From a virus: DNA of 64,000 nt. Positions 57,929 through 64,000 of the stretch are shown here, piece after piece. The number at the start of each line of letters is the position of its first letter. Position 1 is the first letter of the stretch. The notes under the pieces were generated by a model, which saw nothing but the letters and a program-made list of their open reading frames with translations, had not been told where the DNA came from and ran no database searches. The translations under genes and the position numbers were made by a program. Where the stretch lies: UHGV virus genome UHGV-0112899. One strand, written 5' to 3'.

Positions 57929-60900
57929 TTGGACAAAATAATTGATTCAATTAGCCAGGCCACCAGCATTGGGGCGCTGATTGAAATTGTTAGTCGGTTG
58001 CATAAACCGCGAGCTGTAGTGACCTTTGGCGTTAAGAAAGTCGATGGCGTCAGTATTCAGAAAACACGCCGGGCAGCAAACAACGCCGCAGTAAATCTTC
58101 TTAATTCCCTTCCGCCTGGCTTCGATGGGGCGAAATTAACTGACGAACAGCGCCAGATTCTTGCCGGGTATACCGGTGAAGGCGGCCTGACAGATGGTGA
58201 GGGCAGCCAATACGAATACTATACGCCACAGTTTATGGCAGAAGGTATATGGGATCTCTTCGGCGACTACGGTATTGATAGCGGTCACGTACTGGAACCG
58301 TCAGCAGGCACAGGTATTTTCCAGGAGACAAAACGGCAGGGCATGATAATGACCAGCGCCGAACTGTCTCCGATCTCCGGTCGAATAAACCAGCTTTTGC
58401 ACCCGGAAGATGATGTGAATATCGGGGCGTTTGAGGCGCTGGCGGCGAAAGATGCAATGTATGACCACGCAGTTGGTAACGTACCGTTTGGCGAAGGGCG
58501 TTCCGGCGTCGCCGGGCTTGATCCGGCATATGCAAACGAGAAGAACGTTGGCAATTATTTTGTGCTGCGCACGATCGACAAGGTTAAGCCTGGTGGACTA
58601 ATTGTATTGGTGGTGCCGAATGGCATGACCGATGGTACGAAATACAAAAAATTGCGCGATAAAGTCAGCCGTAAAGCGGAATTTTTGGGCGCGCATCGTA
58701 TGCCTTCTGGTACGTTCAGCGAATCCGGTACAGATACCGTGGTGGACGTATGGGTATTGCGTAAACACCCGGAAGCCTTTCTGGAGATGATCCCCGATAC
58801 GGATGATTCGACGCTCAAATCGGCAAACGTCCTTTGGGATACCTTCCTCAAAGGAAAATGGTTTACAACCGAAGGGAAGCGATTTGTTTACGGCGATATG
58901 GAGCGTACCAGCTTCCGCAATACCCTGGTGGTGAAAAAGGACGGTCGTGTATCCAATGAGTCGATGAAAACCGCTCTATCGCGCCGCTTTGAAAGCCGCA
59001 TTAATTGGGATTTGCTCGGCGTAACTACTCAGGCATGGCAGGGCGCGAAAGTGGGCGATAAACGCCTTGTAGGCGGCATCTGGCATGAGTTTGATGGCCT
59101 GAAATGGGTCAAGGACACGACAACCAAATCCTCCGCGCTTGATGTAAGCCGATATGGTGTTTCGACGTTTGGCGATCTGCAGATCGCGTTTCAGTCAACA
59201 AATGGCATTCTGGCGTTGTCATGGGACCAGATATCGGCGATCGCGTCCGACTATCCATCGGTTATCAGTGATGAAGTAGCGGCAATGATTCGCTTTGCTG
59301 GCAAGCAGAGAGAAAAAGACAGAGAACGCGTTATGCGCGGCGCACTGATAGGGCAGTTGATCAACAAGGCGCTTGATAAGCGTAATCTGGGGGAAAATGT
59401 TGATGATGAACTTGCTGATGCCGCGCGCCTGGCGGAAGCCGAAATTGCGAAGTATGGTCCGCCGCACGCGATTAAGCTGAATGGGATTGCTGAAGCTGGC
59501 GCTAAAAACTGGATGACTTTCACTGGCAACGTGAAACAGGACGGCTCTGCTTCTGACCTCCTTGCTGGACGACTTGATGTAACGGATGGTGCTGCCGGTA
59601 TTGACTTTACACGCCCGGAACAAGTTGTAACCCACCTTTTCAGTGACGTGGCACTTAATCCAATCACACTGGACGATTTTCGTGAGGCGTTTGCTGGCGA
59701 ACTGCCAGGAGACGACGATGCTGCTCTGGAATACCTGGCGAAATTTGATGATATCGCTATTGATGGGTATGGCTGCCTGCTGCCGATGGACCGCGCCACC
59801 AGCGGCGATATTGCAACCAAAACAGCATTGCTGGTGGGCTGGCGTGATGCGTCAACAGGTGAGCAGAAAGCGAACTTTGAGCGTCAGTTGGCGAAAATCG
59901 AAGAGAAACGCATTTTTACGCCGCTAAATAAAGTCACCGTTAATCTGAACGCCCGCTGGCTGGATCGCCGCTTGATAAAAGAGTTCCTGGCAGAGCAGGG
60001 CTATGACGAGTTTAAGTATACAGAACCCGACCTTAAGGTTGAGGACGGCATTCTGGTATCTCCGGACGATTACGAAGGTAAGGACGGGGTATTTACTGGC
60101 TATCAACTACGAACCGTAAACGGCAAAAACGGGAATGAGTTCAAGAAGGCCAACAATAAAGACGGCTTCCTGAACCAGTTAGAAAACTACCTGAACGGCA
60201 TTAAACCGCGTGGGCAGAACGCTAACGAGTACCTGGATAAGATTGCTCAACTGGAAATTAGCTTCAACGACTGGTTACGCACTCACCCGCAGGCTGATCA
60301 GATAGCCCGCGACTATAACGACGCATTTAATGGCTTCATCCCGTTTACGCATTCTGACGCACCGCTTGGCCTGGAGGGGATTAGTGGGAAGCGCATTCCT
60401 CTGACTTATCAGAATGAAGAAGTTCGTCGCTTATCAGAAGATGGGCGCGGCATCATGGGATTTGGCACCGGGCTGGGTAAAACCACGACCGCGCTTGCGC
60501 TTGAAGCGTATAACTTCGAAACAGGTCGCACTAAACGCACGTGTATTGTTGTTCCGAAGGCGGTTTATCAGAACTGGTATCACGAGGCACAGAGTTTCTA
60601 CAGTGCTGATGCCTTCGCCAATATGATGTTTATCGGTTTGGATGAAGTTCGTGATGACAGCGGAAATATTCTGACCGCGCCGGTGCTTGATGAAAATGGC
60701 GAACCACGCCTCGACAGTAACGGGCTGCCTCTTACCCGAAATGTTGTGAAAGAGTCCGCCAGTGCCGTTATCGTTCAGCGCATGAACATGATCCCGTCGT
60801 CAAATTGGCGAACGGTCATCATGACAAAAGAGCAATTCGCGTCTATCCCGCTACGAGAAGAAACCATTGAGGAAAACTCACAGCAAGCGGTCTTTAATGC

Positions 60901-63900
60901 TGTGGAAATGGGGCGTCTTGACCTGGCATCTGGCAAACACCGTGACGCGCAGAAGAAGAACAAAATTAAGGACCAGGCCGCAAATACCGGTACAACGAAG
61001 AAGCAGAATATCCCGTACTTTGAGGATATGAACTTCGATAGCGTGATAGCCGACGAAGGGCATAACTACCGCAACTCCTTTAGCGCCGGGCGCGAAGCGG
61101 GGCAACTGGCATATTTGCCTAACCCGGCAGTATCCAAAATGGCTCGTGATATGGCTGTAAAAGCTGCGTACATGATGAAACGCAACAACGGGCGTGGTGT
61201 GGTTATGCTGACGGCAACACCGCTGGTGAACAGCCCGATTGATGCTTTCAACATGCTGTCTACTGTCATTCCGCAGGAAGAGTGGATGCGCATGGGCATC
61301 ATTACGCCGGATGATTTCGTTCGCGTGTTCGGTAAAACAGCCACAGTTCAGGTTCAGAAAATTTCCGGTGAGGTGGAAGAGAAGCAGGGGCTGGTGGGCT
61401 TCCAGAACCTGGATGGTCTGCGTGGTATTTTCCATCGCTGGACTACTCTGAAGACTGCTGCGGACGTCGGGGCGACGGTAAAAATCCCTGATATTGTCGA
61501 GAATACCTTGCAGATCCCGATGACAGGAGAGCAAGAGGCCATTTACGAAGAACTTCGTAAGCGTGCACAGGAGTTAAGTAGTAAAGATGCGCTGACGGTC
61601 GATGAAAACGGGCATATCACAAACGAAAAACCGGATGATTTCATCTTCTCCATCATCCGCGACATGGATAAGGTTGCTATAGATCCTGATCTGTATGCCA
61701 GTGCGATTACATTCCAGTTCCCCGTTGAGCTTGCAGACAAGGTAAAAGCTATTGCTGATGCCCTGCCAAAAGTAGCTGGCGGTAAAGTGGCAGATGATGC
61801 GGACGAGGCCGAAGAAGATGGCGCTGGTGGGCTGGTCAGTACGCGTACCAGCAAGGTAGTGAAGACCACCTTTAGCGAACATCCGTCGCATGTTGAAATA
61901 CGTGCTGGCATTGAACTGGAAGCTGAAATACTGAAGGCCATTGCGGCTGCCGGTATTGATATGCAGCAGGTATCACACCCCATCCCGCCGAAGTATGCCG
62001 CGCTGATCGAAAACCTTCGTGAAGGTCTGAAGAACGGTAAACAAATCGTCTTCATTGATGAAAAAGCCCAGCACCAGAAGCTGCGCCGTATTATTGCCAG
62101 TGCACTGCAAATGCCGGAGCAGGAGATAGGCATTATCAATGCGACGACAGTTAGCCAGGCTGGCGGCGTCAAGCTGAAGAAGGTGAATAAGCCGACTGAA
62201 CCTACGCCAAATAAAAACGGTGAATACAAAGAAGGCGCATGGGAAACCTACTACAGCAAACTTGCCCAATATGAGGATTATCTCTCAGCTAAAAATGATG
62301 CTGGCCTTGAGGGCATGGAAGGTATTGCCGCCGACTATAACGAAGGTCGCACGCGCATCATAATCTGTAACAAGAAGGCTGAAGTAGGTATTAACTTGCA
62401 CATCGGGACAACCGATATCCACCATCTGACACTACCCTGGACTCCTGCCAGTATCGACCAACGTAATGGGCGCGGCGCTCGGGTAGGCTCACCACAAGAA
62501 AAGGTCAATGTTCACTACTATTGTGGCAAAGGCACATTTGATGACTTCCGTCTGGATACGCTGAAACGTAAGAAGGACTGGATCAATATGGTGATGACCT
62601 CCGACATGTCAGAGATCGCCAATGGTGATGCGGATGACGCAGATGAACGCGCCATTATGCTGGCGGCAAATCCGGAAGAACGCCGTGCAATCATGAGTCG
62701 TCAGGCGCAAGAGCGTGAAGAACGTCTGAAACTGAAAGCCCTACGCGAAGCCAATAATGCTCTCGATAACTACCTGAAAGCGGCGAATGCTGCCGGGAAA
62801 GATATCGGCATGATGGAGACAGAACTGAAAAGCGCGATGGAGCAGGTAGAGCATTACCAGCGCAATCTTGACGACCTGATTAAAGCGGGGACGAACAGGA
62901 ACGGGCAGAAATATGTTCTGGAACAGTTGCGAGACTACAGAAAACGTGTGCGGGAGCTACGCTTTGCGATCACCAGAGCTAAAGACGCTGACACCGTTAT
63001 GAAACGTTCTCGTGGTGATCTGGAACGTGCGATTAAAGCCGGGGTTCTGGAGCTTGATGCCGATGTATTGCAGAACCCACAGGAGTATGTACGCACTGAG
63101 AAAAATATCTTGTTGCACAAGGACAGCCATTATCGCGCGATCATCGATGAGAATCACAATACGACAGCAATTGTTCGTGTTACCGCCATTGATGCGGAAA
63201 GGGGCGGGTGTACGTGCCGCATATCCTGGCTGGATGTGGCTAGTCGTTACTCTCGTTCTCCGGGTACGGCATTATTTTTGCCCTTTAACCTGATAATTGA
63301 ATCGGTAACCTTTGAAGAGGGAGTTGCAGAATCGCGTGAAACAGCTGCACGTGGTGTTCAATGCCACCAGCTATCAACAACACTTACGCGCGATCAGTTC
63401 TATGATGCTATTCGCAATGGGGTAATGAATGTCACTGCCGGGAAGCCTGGTAGAGTATGGGGCGGTGGTTCAGCTATTAAATACTGGGCTTATCGCACCG
63501 ATGATGGTCAGATTGCACTGTCATCGGCTTATGATGGCGTAATAGGTCAAAAAATCGGGCGAGCATCGGATATAGCGCCTGAGCGGTGGATTTACCCTGA
63601 TGGCAACGATGAGGCGCTGAAGCGTGAAGTGGCAAAAATACAAGCCAGTGATAACCCGCTGAATATCGTGGACGGCGAGGGATTCCTCCAGGCATTGTAT
63701 GGGTATGATTACATCCAGGGAATGCAGGCATGGGGCGCACAGGCAACGATGGATGATGTTGTCCAGGAGTTCGAAAACTGGATGGCTGGGCGTGGTCTGT
63801 CAGGTCGTTCGCTTAATAAAGTCACTTCTGAAGATATTCTTAGCTTGTTCCGCAAACCGTCCGGAGAAGGTCTGGAATCATTCTGGAGGACCGTGCTGGC

Positions 63901-64000
63901 ATACCGTTTATTCCAGGGCAGAATGAAAGCCTTTAGCAATATCGATGATATTGAACGGATGTTTAATCAGGTCAAGATCGCGAAAATTAAGACGAAGATC
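57929..64000 (+). CDS. giant N6-methyltransferase plus SF2 helicase fusion protein (DarB-like), 3' end beyond window
   Basis: single open frame over 2000 codons; EPSAGTG and NVPFG methyltransferase motifs; GTGLGKTT, DEGH and QRNGRGAR helicase motifs; TTG start after GAGGGGG is tentative. Confidence 0.6.
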   Translation, partial: MDKIIDSISQATSIGALIEIVSRLHKPRAVVTFGVKKVDGVSIQKTRRAANNAAVNLLNSLPPGFDGAKLTDEQRQILAGYTGEGGLTDGEGSQYEYYTPQFMAEGIWDLFGDYGIDSGHVLEPSAGTGIFQETKRQGMIMTSAELSPISGRINQLLHPEDDVNIGAFEALAAKDAMYDHAVGNVPFGEGRSGVAGLDPAYANEKNVGNYFVLRTIDKVKPGGLIVLVVPNGMTDGTKYKKLRDKVSRKAEFLGAHRMPSGTFSESGTDTVVDVWVLRKHPEAFLEMIPDTDDSTLKSANVLWDTFLKGKWFTTEGKRFVYGDMERTSFRNTLVVKKDGRVSNESMKTALSRRFESRINWDLLGVTTQAWQGAKVGDKRLVGGIWHEFDGLKWVKDTTTKSSALDVSRYGVSTFGDLQIAFQSTNGILALSWDQISAIASDYPSVISDEVAAMIRFAGKQREKDRERVMRGALIGQLINKALDKRNLGENVDDELADAARLAEAEIAKYGPPHAIKLNGIAEAGAKNWMTFTGNVKQDGSASDLLAGRLDVTDGAAGIDFTRPEQVVTHLFSDVALNPITLDDFREAFAGELPGDDDAALEYLAKFDDIAIDGYGCLLPMDRATSGDIATKTALLVGWRDASTGEQKANFERQLAKIEEKRIFTPLNKVTVNLNARWLDRRLIKEFLAEQGYDEFKYTEPDLKVEDGILVSPDDYEGKDGVFTGYQLRTVNGKNGNEFKKANNKDGFLNQLENYLNGIKPRGQNANEYLDKIAQLEISFNDWLRTHPQADQIARDYNDAFNGFIPFTHSDAPLGLEGISGKRIPLTYQNEEVRRLSEDGRGIMGFGTGLGKTTTALALEAYNFETGRTKRTCIVVPKAVYQNWYHEAQSFYSADAFANMMFIGLDEVRDDSGNILTAPVLDENGEPRLDSNGLPLTRNVVKESASAVIVQRMNMIPSSNWRTVIMTKEQFASIPLREETIEENSQQAVFNAVEMGRLDLASGKHRDAQKKNKIKDQAANTGTTKKQNIPYFEDMNFDSVIADEGHNYRNSFSAGREAGQLAYLPNPAVSKMARDMAVKAAYMMKRNNGRGVVMLTATPLVNSPIDAFNMLSTVIPQEEWMRMGIITPDDFVRVFGKTATVQVQKISGEVEEKQGLVGFQNLDGLRGIFHRWTTLKTAADVGATVKIPDIVENTLQIPMTGEQEAIYEELRKRAQELSSKDALTVDENGHITNEKPDDFIFSIIRDMDKVAIDPDLYASAITFQFPVELADKVKAIADALPKVAGGKVADDADEAEEDGAGGLVSTRTSKVVKTTFSEHPSHVEIRAGIELEAEILKAIAAAGIDMQQVSHPIPPKYAALIENLREGLKNGKQIVFIDEKAQHQKLRRIIASALQMPEQEIGIINATTVSQAGGVKLKKVNKPTEPTPNKNGEYKEGAWETYYSKLAQYEDYLSAKNDAGLEGMEGIAADYNEGRTRIIICNKKAEVGINLHIGTTDIHHLTLPWTPASIDQRNGRGARVGSPQEKVNVHYYCGKGTFDDFRLDTLKRKKDWINMVMTSDMSEIANGDADDADERAIMLAANPEERRAIMSRQAQEREERLKLKALREANNALDNYLKAANAAGKDIGMMETELKSAMEQVEHYQRNLDDLIKAGTNRNGQKYVLEQLRDYRKRVRELRFAITRAKDADTVMKRSRGDLERAIKAGVLELDADVLQNPQEYVRTEKNILLHKDSHYRAIIDENHNTTAIVRVTAIDAERGGCTCRISWLDVASRYSRSPGTALFLPFNLIIESVTFEEGVAESRETAARGVQCHQLSTTLTRDQFYDAIRNGVMNVTAGKPGRVWGGGSAIKYWAYRTDDGQIALSSAYDGVIGQKIGRASDIAPERWIYPDGNDEALKREVAKIQASDNPLNIVDGEGFLQALYGYDYIQGMQAWGAQATMDDVVQEFENWMAGRGLSGRSLNKVTSEDILSLFRKPSGEGLESFWRTVLAYRLFQGRMKAFSNIDDIERMFNQVKIAKIKTKI

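Noticed and set aside
59251-62229. Several 100-230-aa minus-strand ORFs
   Set aside because: All lie antisense to the continuous giant methyltransferase-helicase frame and are Ser/Ala/Arg-rich; the plus-strand frame carries the recognisable motifs.
1-64000. Search for tRNA genes, integrase, transposase or IS elements, and type III restriction-modification genes
   Set aside because: No T-loop-containing cloverleaf candidates, no tyrosine or serine recombinase motifs, no transposase, and no Res/Mod-like ORFs were seen in any frame; such genes may lie outside the window.

Overview
This window reads as part of a P1-like temperate phage-plasmid (contractile-tailed phage that replicates as a plasmid), called from gene content and order only; no database search was run. 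Identifications rest on motifs read directly from the ORF translations and on recalled family signatures, and all coordinates and starts are manual estimates. Content by module: (1) plasmid maintenance: a RepE-like (Rep_3) initiator flanked by ~20-bp iterons, an AT-rich stretch and a DnaA-box-like site (29.7-31.1 kb); two adjacent partition systems, ParF/ParG-like and ParM/ParR with iterated centromere-like repeats (16.9-19.8 kb); and a higB-higA toxin-antitoxin locus with an extra orphan HigA-type gene (9.8-11.0 kb). (2) Immunity and regulation: two paralogous cassettes of structured leader, small coupled ORF and Rha-family antirepressor (4.2-5.6 kb and 55.2-56.6 kb), and a dispersed operator-like motif TGTTAGAAAATTAA at six intergenic loci. 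(3) DNA metabolism: rdgC, a short C5-methyltransferase-like ORF and dam in one operon; a Ref-like HNH protein; a DUF4406 deoxyribosyltransferase-like protein. (4) Virion and lysis: capsid-like and sheath-like proteins, a tape-measure-like protein, baseplate genes, a repeat-rich tail fibre with assembly chaperone, a PAAR-like protein, overlapped Rz/Rz1 spanins, and a holin/antiholin pair leading a Dar-like antirestriction operon (hdf-darA-ddrA-ddrB by size and order). (5) A giant ORF with N6-methyltransferase and SF2 helicase motifs (DarB-like) that runs off the 3' end of the window. No tRNA, CRISPR array, integrase or transposase was recognised. The best candidates for an undescribed system are the small-protein plus SWIM-like protein operon (8303-9821), the adjacent exported-protein pair (5936-7052), the rdgC/methyltransferase-like/dam cluster, the unknown-protein plus XRE HTH pair (50443-51023), and the duplicated immunity cassette whose C-terminal domain is fused in one copy and split in the other.
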